DNA of 63,665 nucleotides, filler included, from Reticulomyxa filosa (taxonomy: Eukaryota > Protista > Foraminifera), in assembly GCA_000512085.1 (NCBI GenBank). It is 15 parts of 15 records of this genome, joined end to end, with 100 filler letters (N's around TTAATTAATTAA, not from the genome) between each part and the next. Parts side by side here need not be neighbours in the genome. Positions count along the whole stretch, not along the records: positions 27,709 to 32,193 come from ASPP01028083.1; positions 32,294 to 33,695 come from ASPP01029487.1; positions 33,796 to 38,490 come from ASPP01000783.1; positions 38,591 to 41,784 come from ASPP01020468.1; 11 more parts are not named here. One strand, written 5' to 3'. The translations under genes and the position numbers were made by a program. Shown in pieces: positions 27,754-39,629 of this stretch (positions are counted from its first letter, which is position 1; each line of letters opens with the position of its first letter). Below the pieces are notes generated by a model. That model saw only the letters and a program-made list of their open reading frames with translations, ran no database searches and had not been told where the DNA came from.

Positions 27754-29418
27754 TGGATCGAAGCAAACCATTTCGATCGCTCGGAGGCTTCGGAGGGGGG
27801 TTTCTTACAAAGTTCAACTGTATCGAAGTACCTTCGCCATTGTTGGAAAGCATCACTTTTGTCGACACGCCGGGAATCTTGTCCGGAGAAAAACAACGAC
27901 TTGGCCGAAACTACGACTTTGCCAAAGTTTAGCTTATTGCTTTCGTCGTCACAATATGACAATGACAATGACAATGACAATGACAATAACAATAACAATA
28001 ATAATAATATTTATATATAAATATTATTATTATTGTTATTGTTATTGTCATTGTCATTTTCGAAGTGTTGAAATATGTTCATTTGTCGGTGCAATGGATA
28101 GGTGATCGAGTGGTTTGCATATCGGTCGGATCGCATAATATTGCTGTTTGATGCCCACAAGCTGGATATATCCGATGAGTTTCGCGCGAGCATTGAGATG
28201 CTGAAGGGACACGACGACAAGATTCGCTGCGTGTTGAACAAGTCAGACGCGGTGAACAACCAGGCGCTTCTTCGCGTGTATGGCGCTCTCATGTGGTCTT
28301 TGGGAAAGGTGTTCAAAACTCCTGAAGTCCTACGTGTCTATGTGGGCTCCTTTTGGGACCAGCCTTACGTCAATGATCACAACACCGAATTGTTCGACAG
28401 TGAAGCTGACGATTTGCTGAACGATTTGAAAAGTTTGCCAAGACATTCCGCCACTAGAAAAGTTAGTAGATATCAATCATTTCGACATTTGAGAAAGTTC
28501 AGAGAGGGGGTCAACAAACTGAATCTGGTTTTTGTGTGTTTAACATTCAGATCAATGAGTTTGTGAAACGCACCCGACAACTACGTGTGCATTGCATAAT
28601 TATCGAGCACATGCGAAAACAATTTGGAATATTTGGAAAAGAAAAAAAACAGCAACAGTTGTTAAACAATTTGAAAACAGAGTTTGTGAACATTGCCAAA
28701 GAAGACAAGCTAAGCTTACATGACTTTCCAAACCCTGACAAATTTAAGGAAGTTCTTCAAAAATTTGACATCTTCAAATTTCCAAAATTTCATAAAAAAT
28801 GGAGAGAAGGATTGGATGAAGTGTTAAATGAAAGTTTACTTTTTTTTAAACTTTATGTGCTTGTACAATGAATACACTTAAAAAATATTTGTTAATCATT
28901 AAAAAAAATAGGGGTTCCAGCGTTAATTCGAAAACTTCCATCGTCAAATGCAACAGAAATGACAGAAGATGACGCAAAACGTAGTCAAACTACTTTGAAT
29001 CCATTTGATTTGGACACCAGTTCAGATGCACGTTTGAACCCTTCCAAAACTTGGGCGATCAACGCCACACTAAAAGCCAAATATGACACCAAGTTTTATT
29101 CACTATCCATTCAGTCCGGCAAGGCTTCTGCTTTCGAGATAAGAAATATCATGATGCAATCCGGACTCTCTGTTGAAGTTCTAAAAACTGTTTGGAATTT
29201 GGCAGACATTGATCAAGACGGCAAAATGGTATATAACCTAAATTTTTTTGTTTAATACAGAATTTAAAATAACAGGTTGGTTTGCGTAATAGGATCATGA
29301 AGAATTTGCTTTGTGCATGTACCTGGTCGATATAGTAAAGAGAGGAAACAAACTACCGCCTACTTTGCCAATCCACTTAATTCCTCCAGGAAAAAGAAAC
29401 CTTGTTGAGTTTCGATGA
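27754..29418 (+). CDS. EHD1: EH-domain dynamin-like ATPase (EHD/RME-1/Past1 family); 5'-truncated
   Basis: FVDTPGILSGEKQR, LLFDAHKLDISDEF, VLNKSD, LLRVYGALMWSLGKV..TPEVLRVYVGSFW; C-terminal EH domain VWNLADIDQDGKM|DHEEFALCMYL..LPPTLPIHLIPP. Confidence 0.95.
27973..28058. repeat. Perfect 86-bp palindrome built of microsatellite units inside an EHD intron
   Basis: (AATGAC)2(AATAAC)2(AAT)4-ATTTATA|TATAAAT-(ATT)4(GTTATT)2(GTCATT)2. Confidence 0.95.
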
Positions 29419-30059
29419 TTTTTTTACATTATCGCTTTTATTCTATTTATCAAAAATCTTTATTTTGAGGTATAGTATAAGTATATTAATATAATGCATT
29501 GGTATAAAATTTCATTCCTTTGTATTTTTTAAATGTTTTCAATTAGAATTTAAACTCGTCATTACTTTATTTTATTTTATTTTATTTTTTGCTTCTTTCG
29601 TTGGCATTGCACCGACCTTTTCAAGAACGTGTCATAATGTATTCCTTTACTACATATACTTTTATCAATGCAATGGTTTTGATCAAATTCATATCTTTCA
29701 ATAAAAAAGATATTTTTCAAATGAAAAAAAGGTTTAAAACTTAATGAGTAAATTAACGTTTGAAAAACTCTAATATCTTTTTACAACGATTGAAAAATCA
29801 AGTAACAATTTTTTGCTTTAAGAAAATCAAAACTATTAAGATAATTTCAAATGAAAAAGAAAACACAGTTACAACCCAAAATCCTCTTAAATAATTGAAT
29901 TTAGTGAATAATCTTTAATTCGCAAAATTGAAAGACTTCCGATTAAAAAATTTGTTATTTTCTGTATTCACTCAAAAGACGAGTCACAGGGTTTTACCAA
30001 AGGCGTCGTCAAGTTTTTTAAAAAAATATCCTTGGTCATCATTTCCAGAAAACGTTCAA

Positions 30060-31478
30060 ATGTCCCAAACGAAACAAGAAGAATTGGCTTTTGAACTGTT
30101 GCCTCCAGAATTGAAGTTGAAAATCTTGGAAAAGCTGAATTTGGTGGATGGAGTGTTGAGTGGGACAGTAGAAGCTCCTCCATTGATGGACTTTTCAATG
30201 CCAACAAAGATTGGGAAAAGCAGTCAGCAGAAAAAGAAAAAAGAGCAAACCATTGACAATGAAGAAAATAATTCAAAAGAGGAGAGAGTGGAAACACACT
30301 CCACAATTATAACAACAATGCATCCAAAAACAACGGAGCCCTCTCCACTGTTGTTTGACAATATAGTATTGAATGCATTACAAGAAAATAAATCAACAAC
30401 AGATAGCAACCTGTGTTTTTCACTGCAAAATGCAGTGAATCTACAAAAACACGGATACGTAGTGATTGATGACTTTATCGACGGAAATTCGCAAATGATA
30501 GTGAATTGTGTAAAGCAAATTGAGTCAATGAAACAAAATGGAGTCCTTAAAAAAGCTGGATTAAATCGTCGCGAAAAGCATATTGCAGATGTCCATATCT
30601 CCGACTGTGGCGTTACAAAACTGAATGGTACGTATCATTGGGATGCTCACTCCAAGCACTACGTACATTCTACCAGTGCAAGTTGTACTCTGGCTCCAAA
30701 TTCGGATCCGGAGTTGAGCCACTTGTTTGGCTCCAAAACTCTTACTTCTCTATCCTCCTCGCACACAACGACAAAACCTATTGATTGGGTTCTGAGCTGT
30801 CAACACGTGGTTTTCTACTACGGAGCCAGTGTTGGAGGAGAAGAACGGAGTGTGTCGAAAGATTTGGAGCCTGTGACAAGTCATTGGCAATGTGTGGCAG
30901 GTATCGAGCCACTCCCAAAGATAACCACTCACTCCAACAAAAAAAATGACGAAAAAGTACAATTCGAAAATGTAACGGATAGCAATAGTGTGTGGCGATC
31001 GGAAGACGTACGAAGTGATCTTCACGCGTGGATGCACAGTGACGATGCTAACATTGCCAAAGACTTGCGCAATGTAATCACTCAAATTGATAAAATCAGA
31101 GTGTGGTTGAACAAACACGTACAGTTTGGATGTCAAGATACGCAAGTACAAGTATCGTGTTACCCTGGCGATGGCAGTCGATATCGAGCTCATTTGGATG
31201 AGGTATACGTAGATGACTCTACAATTCAAAGTATACGTAACAGCGAACAAATATCTGCCAAAAAAACACGGAGGATAACTGCTTTGCTTTATTTGAATGA
31301 ACGATGGAATACAACCGAGTGTGGAGGAGCGGTACGTATTTACTTGAGTGACGGAGTGTATCGAGATATAGAGCCTGTCGCTGGCAGGTTGTTGCTGTTC
31401 AACAGCCAATGGCTGCCACATGAAGTTATGCCAGTCTTCCATCGTGATAGATTCGCTATCACTTTATGGATGTATTAA
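30060..31478 (+). CDS. EGLN/PHD/SM-20-like 2-oxoglutarate Fe(II) prolyl hydroxylase with N-terminal F-box-like motif and a large loop insertion
   Basis: GYVVIDDF, DVRSDLHAWM, SCYPGDGSRYRAHLD (HxD), RRITALLYLNERW, GGAVRIY, IEPVAGRLLLF, PHEVMPV..DRFAITLW (distal His and 2OG-binding Arg). Confidence 0.9.
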   Translation: MSQTKQEELAFELLPPELKLKILEKLNLVDGVLSGTVEAPPLMDFSMPTKIGKSSQQKKKKEQTIDNEENNSKEERVETHSTIITTMHPKTTEPSPLLFDNIVLNALQENKSTTDSNLCFSLQNAVNLQKHGYVVIDDFIDGNSQMIVNCVKQIESMKQNGVLKKAGLNRREKHIADVHISDCGVTKLNGTYHWDAHSKHYVHSTSASCTLAPNSDPELSHLFGSKTLTSLSSSHTTTKPIDWVLSCQHVVFYYGASVGGEERSVSKDLEPVTSHWQCVAGIEPLPKITTHSNKKNDEKVQFENVTDSNSVWRSEDVRSDLHAWMHSDDANIAKDLRNVITQIDKIRVWLNKHVQFGCQDTQVQVSCYPGDGSRYRAHLDEVYVDDSTIQSIRNSEQISAKKTRRITALLYLNERWNTTECGGAVRIYLSDGVYRDIEPVAGRLLLFNSQWLPHEVMPVFHRDRFAITLWMY

Positions 31479-31863
31479 TTTGCTAATGTGCACCCTCTTT
31501 GGGCATTCTTTTTTTGAAAAAATAATTGTTGTTATTATATCCATCTTTTTTGAAATTCCGAGCTTTCATCTTATTATTTTCCAACTACCTTCACTTTCGC
31601 TTCATCTGTCGTCGTATCGCACTATTTATATGTGTCTCTGACAAGTATAAAACTTAATGTTTTTTTTTAAAAAAAATTAGCCGAAGGTTCTTGAAAAGTT
31701 GTTAGCTGCTGTTTTATTCATTCGAAATGTAAGATAGAAACATTTTTTTTTTTTCTTACTTGTTCAGTACTAAGGGGGGAGAAACATTTTGTCTATCTTT
31801 TTTTTTTTGATAGGATTGCATATATAACTCTTTTCACGTTTCAGTGAGGTTGTACTTAGTATC

Positions 31864-32115
31864 ATGGCTGATAGAAATCCAGAAATTGAACAGCAAGGTC
31901 TTGTGCGAAATGAGCCACAGCATCCTGCAACGGGAATAGAGCCGAAAGGAAAAGAGTCAAGACAGGCAGAAGTTACAGAGGGATCAGACCCAACGTTTAT
32001 CGTCATGGCCCTGGGTTTGGAAGCAGTCTTTTTGGTTTTGTTCGCAATTGGTGGAGAGTATTTGCGAGAGCCATCTGTGGATCCTGCCACCTTTTCTTTG
32101 TTTCAAGACATTCAT
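31864..32115 (+). CDS. Rh-family ammonium/CO2 channel, first exon; truncated by contig end
   Basis: TM1 ALGLEAVFLVLFAIGGEY followed by FSLFQDIHV, matching the Rh signature YP.FQDVHVMIF. Confidence 0.7.
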
Positions 32116-32293
32116 GTTCGCAAACAAACAAAATAATACACAACACACACACACACACACAAGAACAAAAATAATAAGTACAACAAAAAAAAANNNNNNN
32201 NNNNNNNNNNNNNNNNNNNNNNNNNNNNNNNNNNNNNTTAATTAATTAANNNNNNNNNNNNNNNNNNNNNNNNNNNNNNNNNNNNNNNNNNNN

Positions 32294-32680
32294 CGAACAA
32301 ACGCAGCATGCGATGCAACAATCCAATGATATCTCCGTTCAAACAGTTACGCTTTCAAGCAAGGATAATAAAGCACAGACTCTTTTCTTTTCTTTTCTTT
32401 TCTTTTTCTCCCTCCATTTATTTGAAACATTCAAAAATAGTGCTTGGAAGAAAAGACATTTTCGTACAATCTATTAATGACCAGAGAGTATGTCCTCCTT
32501 GTACCTCGTCGGCAAGAGCGTTTTGTCGATGATGAGACCAATGAAGCGCTCTCTGTCAATGCCCTCGGTTTTGCAGGCACTTTTTTTTGCCGGTCCGAAA
32601 ATGTAATGCAGACGCTAAAGCGCGTAGGTCCATTAAAAGTCTTATCGACAGTTGGGTGTCCCATTTATTCTTCAAATTGA
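32294..32680 (+). CDS. Ap4A phosphorylase / ATP adenylyltransferase (Apa1/2-like), C-terminal part
   Basis: Exon 32441-32680: SYNLLMTREYVLLVPRRQE...SVNALGFAGTFF...VGPLKVLSTVG. Confidence 0.82.
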
Positions 32681-33342
32681 CTTATTTGATACATTTTGTA
32701 ATTGCAACTGTGACATTTTTTTAATAAGTACACGTAAAGTGCAAAGCAAAAGAACATCGACATCAAATTCTTTCATGGCATGACTACATCATTCAAACCT
32801 GTTTTTAAATATAAAATTAGTTTTATAATAACATTTTCTATGTTGAATAAAAAAATCGTTTTTTCATTTGATTTTTGAAAATTTTGCAGTACATATATCG
32901 GTAATATGAAATTTTAAAATCTTTTTTTCTTTTTTAGGAATCTTCAATTTACGTATACGCCTTTAAAAAAATTTGTATGTCTTTAGAACAAAATTTAATT
33001 TTTTAAAATTTTTCTGAAATTTTATTTAGTTTCAAGTTTTTTTAATTTTTTGCTATTGTATGGATAACACATTTGAATCAAAGTCCAAATCATGATTTTA
33101 CATTTACAAACTCTTATTTTTTGATTATGCAACTATATGATAAGTCCTGGTCTGTTCATTTTTAGATTTATAGTATATGCGCTATACACAATCGTAACGC
33201 ATATTTCACTGATTGGATCAAATACAAACAAAAAGAAGACAATTTGGGCAGAAAAAGTTATACATTTCGAATTTTTCCAATCAAAAAACGTGATTCAAAA
33301 CCAAAACAAACACGATCGAGCAAATGCAATTTTTTGTGTCAG

Positions 33343-33695
33343 TTAGAGTATGTATTTGGATAAATCTTGATCTGCAATGATAGAAGACAATTGTTTGGCA
33401 ATAAAGTCACTGCCAACAGAGATTTTCTCCCCTTTCTTTTCAGGGGCGTCATATGACAGATCTTCAACGATTTTGGAGATGACAGCTCTCAATCTTCGAG
33501 CTCCAATATTTTCCAAATTTTCATTTAATTGTCGACTGTATTTTGCAATGGTGCGAATTGCATCATCAGTGAACTCCAAGTCCACGCCCTCAGCAGCAAA
33601 CAGTGCTTTTTGTTGCTTGATCAAGTTGGACTCTGTTTCGGTCAAAATGCGAACAAAATCAGCTTCAGACAAGGGTTCCAATTCTACTCGAATTG
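33343..33695 (-). CDS. hslU: HslU/ClpY AAA+ ATPase, C-terminal domain; 5'-truncated
   Basis: IRVELEPLSEADFVRILTE, EGVDLEFTDDAI, ENIGARRL and the terminal DLSKYIL HslV-activating tail. Confidence 0.93.
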
Positions 33696-33894
33696 NNNNN
33701 NNNNNNNNNNNNNNNNNNNNNNNNNNNNNNNNNNNNNNNTTAATTAATTAANNNNNNNNNNNNNNNNNNNNNNNNNNNNNNNNNNNNNNNNNNNNCATAA
33801 TCATCAACACATGTTGTTTAACGTAAAATACTGATAAAAAGATTTTTGTAGGGGAAAATTCAAACAGCAAATCAATTAAAATCAGATTTTCTGT

Positions 33895-34030
33895 GTATTT
33901 TTCCTCGATTGAAAAAAAATTTCCAAAATTAGTCTGCGCCCATTGGGACAGTTGTGATCACATTGTATGGTGAACACAACCCAGCTTTTCTCGTGGAGAA
34001 AAGATAAGCGCGTTGTTCAGTGTTTTTTGC
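33895..34030 (-). ncRNA. Candidate Sm-class small RNA (unassigned)
   Basis: GC-richer island with a three-way junction closed by GCGC/GCGC, then AATTTTGG (Sm-like), then a hairpin with G-U pairs on the minus strand. No match to U1/U2/U4/U5/U11/U12 signatures by eye. Confidence 0.22.
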
Positions 34031-34631
34031 TGTTTTAAAGTTTACTAAACTATCTTTTCAAACGCAAAGAATGCTTGTCTAACACTAACAAAACTGAAAC
34101 AATTACATTATGAATCCAATGATACAAAAACACTGCTCGAAACTTAAAAAAAGTGAACTTCAGTTTTTTGTTAGACAAGCAACCCTTTCACTTCGAAGAC
34201 TTACAATAACCTGAATAGATTTCCAAATTATAGCATATGAAAGATAAATGAATATTATCGACAGGTGGCATTTTTCCCAAGTTTGTATGCATACCTTATT
34301 TTTTGAAGTGTTAGTAGATTAACTTAAATGAAAAAAAATGAGTTTGTCTGACTATACCTAAAATATTTTCTTCATTGTTCAACAAATGTTTTGTTTATCA
34401 TGTCAAATACTGGATATATGTCATTGATTACAAATATTTTTATGTACTGCTTAGAGTTCTACCCAACAGTATCTAGATATTAGCCTTCGACACGATTTTC
34501 ATGTGTCTCTTATAAAATGTGGTAGAAATTTAAAGCATATTTGCTCTTTTTAACTCAAAATACAACAATAAATGATAAAGTTTAATTAAAGTAGTTAAGT
34601 TTTCAAAAGCTCTGTGCATAGTTTCTTTGAA

Positions 34632-36007
34632 ATGTCAGAAAAGACATCCAGCCCACCTTTCACAGTGGATGGGAATCGGTATGATTTCAGCACTTATTGG
34701 GGAAGAACTCGTTATTTTTTGAGTATCTTCAGCCCAATATTACTGCTTACCACCGACGAACAACTTAACAACGCAACCAAACTGTTGGAACAAGTGAGCA
34801 TTTTTCCCCATCCATTTTTTAACTCGTCTTTTCGCTATAAATAATCAAATAAACATTAAAAAACAAAAGTTTAAACGTGGAGAAATAAGTAACAAGAGCC
34901 CAGAAATGAATGAAAAACTTTGGGAAGCAAAAAAAATAAGAGACGCAATAGTCCACCCTCAAACAGGAGAGAAGATATTTGCGCCATTCCGCATGTCAGG
35001 CTTTGTGCCAATGAACCTACCCATTGCGGCTGGCATGCTTATGTCAAAATCACAATTTTGGGGGCTCTTTTGGCAATGGTACAACCAATCTTACAATGGT
35101 CAGATCTCTAAATATGTACACACTTATTATTTTATTCCCCAAAAAAAAATTTGCTCAACATACTTTCCAAAAATTTGTACCATCTTTGGACTCAAAAAAA
35201 GTATTTTTTTCGTCCTTATTTGCTATGTTTAATATTGTTTGTGTATATATTTGTAACATTGCTCTGCTGACGTCAATGTTCCCAAAGTTTGCGTAAATTT
35301 TGCGAATGGAAACAAGTCCAACCCAATGCCTAATTCAAAAATAGCACAAGCTTATGGGATTGCGGTGTCCACGTCGATGGGTGTTTCATATGCATTGAAC
35401 CGATTCCTTGCAAACAGCGGCCATTTGTCAAATACAACACGGACGATATTGAAAGGAACTATTCCTTACACGGCCGTAGCCACTGCTGGAGCTTTAAATG
35501 TAGTCGTCATGCGATTTAATGAAATCCAGCAAGGGGTTGATGTCACCGACAAAGATGGAGTGGTTAAGGGCAGCTCCAAAATCGCTGGAAGAAAAGCTGT
35601 TTTGGAAACCGCATTTAGTCGTGTTATCTTGCCAATTCCTATTTTGCTGTTCCCTGGTGTGGTTATGCGAGTTGAGTCCGTGCTTTTGTTCCCTGATCGT
35701 AAGTCTGTCTCTCGAACAATATTTTTTCCCCTCCTTTTTTTTTTTGTCACATAATCAAAACCATTGTTGAATGTTTGTTACTTCAATACTTCCAATTTGA
35801 CAGAAAATTGAAGCAATGTCGTTTGTCAAAGCAAGACCTTTCTTAGTCACTCCTCTAAACTTATGCGTCATTACCTTCTTTTTGTGGGGTGCGTTACCTG
35901 CCGCCTGTGGACTGTTTCCTCAAAGAGCCAGTATTCACGCCCACCAACTGGAGCCAGAGTTTCAAAACATGGGCGTCGATACGTTCTGGTACAACAGAGG
36001 ATTGTAA
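34632..36007 (+). CDS. SFXN: Sideroflexin (mitochondrial tricarboxylate/serine carrier)
   Basis: RYDFSTYWGR, LWEAKKIRDAIVHPQTGEKIFAPFRMS, FWQWYNQSYN, AVATAGALNVVVMRFNEIQQG and terminal WYNRGL; four exons. Confidence 0.93.
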
Positions 36008-37032
36008 AAACATACAATTGAATTAAACACAACTCTAAAGTTCAACAAAAAAAGAACAAATATATTGTAAATTTAAACTTGACATTCGCTTTTTGCATGA
36101 CCCTGTTAACATAGTCACAACAAAATACAAAGAGTAATTTTTTCGAGAAGTAACATTTCGTAAAATGTCAATATTACTTGCTTAATATTTAGGGATTGAC
36201 TTTAAGTGATTTTTTTGCAATTTTCAAAATCATATGTTTGTTTTTTAAAGGAAAACAGTTAATGCCATGTGACATAAAAAGCGTCACAAATACTGCTTTG
36301 CGGGTTATTTTGAGTAAATTGTTCTTTGTGTTTGTCAGCATTTGTCTTTGCATGTTTTTGCACTATCGGAACAATACCAACTTCAAACAACCGAACACAA
36401 AACAAAAAGAAATAGCGGGCAAAAAGCGAAAATAATTTTTACTTAATTGTGCACGCGAAAAAGGTTTAGTTCCATTTTTTTTTTTTTAAATCTGGCATTA
36501 ATGTGCTTCTTTCACAAACTTCAAAGAGCATGTAATCATTTTTTGCAATCCTGTAATGCAAGGAGGTCACATGTGCCAAACTAACCGAATGAAGTTATGA
36601 TCTCTAGTTGACTAAAAGCGACTTTACATTTATTTGCAAATCGTTGTTCGTCTTCATAAGAAATGTATATTTATTTACTTATCTTAAAAAAAACTCGTTA
36701 AATTTCAACTTAAATATTTGATCCTTAAAAGATAACTATTAAATGATGTATATTTTTGAATTAGACTACTAAAATTTAGCTTCATTTGTGGTTGTGAAAT
36801 CAAAATTATAATTAGACTCATTTGTTGTAGCTTGTAGCAAAACGTGGTCGATTTGAAATTTACAAAATTGACAGCTTGAAAACGCATGATTCATGATTTG
36901 TACACATAAACTATAACCATGAAAAAAACAAAAAGGCAAGAAAAAAATTTGATAAACGTGGAAACGAATGCTTCAGACAACAATCTTAGAAGACGACAGA
37001 CACAAACGTAAAAAAACCAACAAAAATTTGAT

Positions 37033-38437
37033 TTAGGTTGCCTGTGGAAACATGTATTGTAATTTGATCATCAATGCATCTTCATCACTTTGACTCATAC
37101 TAGCAGATCCACTTTCACTCCATTCATCATCTATTTGTCGCGTATCGTCTGCACTTTCACTTTCGCTGTCTTCCGCGTCATCTTTGCTATCCACCAACAC
37201 AACTTCTGGTGCAAATGTGTGACAAACTTGCAAGAGCGCTTTCAAGTATTCCATATCCAAATATTGAATACCACTCATGTGGTCATCCAGTGCTTTGATA
37301 TCGTCCGTGACGTTGATCAAATCTTCAATATTGAGTTCACTTATTTCCAACACTCCGATGAGGAACCCTTATCCATTTCACAAAAAAAGCTATCATTGAT
37401 CATGTTTGCAAAGAGGAGGGGAGGATATTATACCTTCTGCAATGAAAGGCATAAAAGTATTGACAACACTTTCTTTATTGACAACGATGGATGTGGAAGG
37501 TTCATTTTTGGCGTTGCTTTGATCGAACTCATAGATAGAGCACAAATAATCATATAAGAATTCGGCAACGAGTTTAATAGATTTATTGACTTGTGATGTT
37601 GCCTTCAATAAATCATCGCCATTTGAGTTTGACTTTGTTTTTGTTTGTGTTTGTGTTTGCGTTTGCGTTTCTATTTCTTTTTGATACAAAGATTTGTAAT
37701 AAGCGTTGACGGATTTGAGAAAATTTGGCAGCAATTCCAAATGACTATAATGGCCAGATTTGTTTATCAATGAAAGTTTATTCGGGCCAAACAGCGGATT
37801 TTCAATTGAATACAAAGAGTAGTCCCCTTCTTCATCTTTGGCAATCCATAGTAGCTCTGTTTTCTCCCCCCCCCCATTCCCACCGCCGCGACATAACCAT
37901 CACGTATACACCTCACACATATGATACGTGGTGTACACGTTTGGGCCTCATTTTTGTAACAAATAAAAAAAATAAATAAAAACCTGGAGCATCTACCCCT
38001 TCGAATGGTTCATCGACAGGGAATCTCGTGGGGTTACAAAGGCCAATATCCAAAGCGAAAATGAAGCCGCAATCACGTAGAATGGCCCTGCAGTGTTTGC
38101 TCAGTTTTTTGGGGAAATGTTTGCCCATGATTTTGTGCACGACGTTTCGGATCAAAAACTTTTCGCGTTGCATAGTCTCGGGAGACACTTGCAATGTCTT
38201 AATGCTCATGCCATCCAACTCTTCAAACACCAAAATAGTTGGAGGATGCGAGGACTTGCTTTCGACTTGTTGATACTCGCTCCACAAATGATATGCCTTA
38301 TGCGAGTCCTTCGACGTTATCACATCTGCCGATGGCACACACACGCCAATTTGCGAAGCAATAAAATTTCCAAGCAACTCCCCTGCAGCATTTTCAGGGA
38401 TGTCCACACGAATTTTAGCCGATTTGGACATGGCCCT
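37033..38437 (-). CDS. Actin-fragmin-kinase-like (PI3K-fold atypical kinase) protein, probably catalytically dead; 5'-truncated
   Basis: ELLGNFIASQIGVCVPSADVI, ILVFEELDG, CGFIFALDIGLCNPTRFP and LYSIEN follow the AFK motif order; three exons. Confidence 0.55.
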
Positions 38438-38651
38438 CTACCCGAAGACACATTCAAAAGTTCAATACATTTTTTTTTTTAAAAAAAAAANNNNNNNNNN
38501 NNNNNNNNNNNNNNNNNNNNNNNNNNNNNNNNNNTTAATTAATTAANNNNNNNNNNNNNNNNNNNNNNNNNNNNNNNNNNNNNNNNNNNNATATATATAT
38601 ATATGTATACGTATATGTGTAAAATTTTTTTTTCTTCTGTCCCGTGTATAG

Positions 38652-38902
38652 GCAGCACTACCATTGTCTTGATCACTGGTCTCATTTGCTTCAAAATTTG
38701 CGATTTGTGCGATGCCACTTATGTCTACTATGCTTTCTTTCCTATTGACTCGATGATCAATATCACTTGTCTGCTTTTCAGTGTCAAGTTTGGACATCCG
38801 TACTACATGAAAATGTGTGGCGGCGTTCACGAATATTTGTACGTTCGCTTCAATTCTTCCAAAAAGGCGTTGGCTGAAACCGATGATATGCAACCACGGT
38901 AG
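38652..38902 (+). CDS. Last exon of a multi-pass, 7TM/GPCR-like membrane protein
   Basis: Two hydrophobic helices then PIDSMINITCLLFSVKFGHPYYMKMCGGVH, resembling a TM7/helix-8 end. Confidence 0.4.
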
Positions 38903-39629
38903 TTGTTTTTATTTATTTTGACTTTGTCCTTGTCTTTGTCTTGTTTGTTCCTGATTTGAAAAAGTACTCACATTCATTTTCATTCGAGTAAACGTGCGTG
39001 GTTTTTGTAATATGAAAATAGAACTCAATATAATGTACAAAACCCTTTTCTTTGTTTGTTTGGTTTGCCCTTTCAATATTTTCAGATAAACTGAGTTCTT
39101 GTTTTTTTTCTCGTGTATAACATTCTTCTTTTGAGCCAAAAATAAAAAAAAGATGTTCACTGAGAAATGAAGCTCTTCCAGTAAATCGCTTGAAGTAAAA
39201 GTTTGCAACGCAGCATTAAAACACCCCGATCGCTTGGAAAAAAAAAAAAGAAAGGGAAAATAATAAGTACGTAGCGAGACAGATTCATACAATTAGGGCA
39301 ACAACGCATGCTTTCATCCATTTCTAACAGAGGCAAACTCAAATTGTTGAATACAAACACAAATAACAATTTTTTTTCGCAAACAACTCTTCACAACCGC
39401 AAATGCAAAGAAAAGAAACGCAAGCCAACAAAGCACTAGCGCCTAAAAAAAAGAAAAACAACAAACAAATAAACAAACAAAAGAAGCTCAAAACAAAAAA
39501 AGCCACGTTAATCAACAACACTAACCACAACATAAAAAAACTATCAACGCGGTATTGTTTTTGCGGAAAGAATCTCATCTTCAAACAATTTTCCATTTGC
39601 AGGAACAAAAAAAAAAAAGGTCACTGCTT

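Noticed and set aside
33343-33695. Bacterial contamination suggested by hslU
   Set aside because: It is followed by AT-rich eukaryote-like intergenic DNA and shares the contig with an intron-containing gene.
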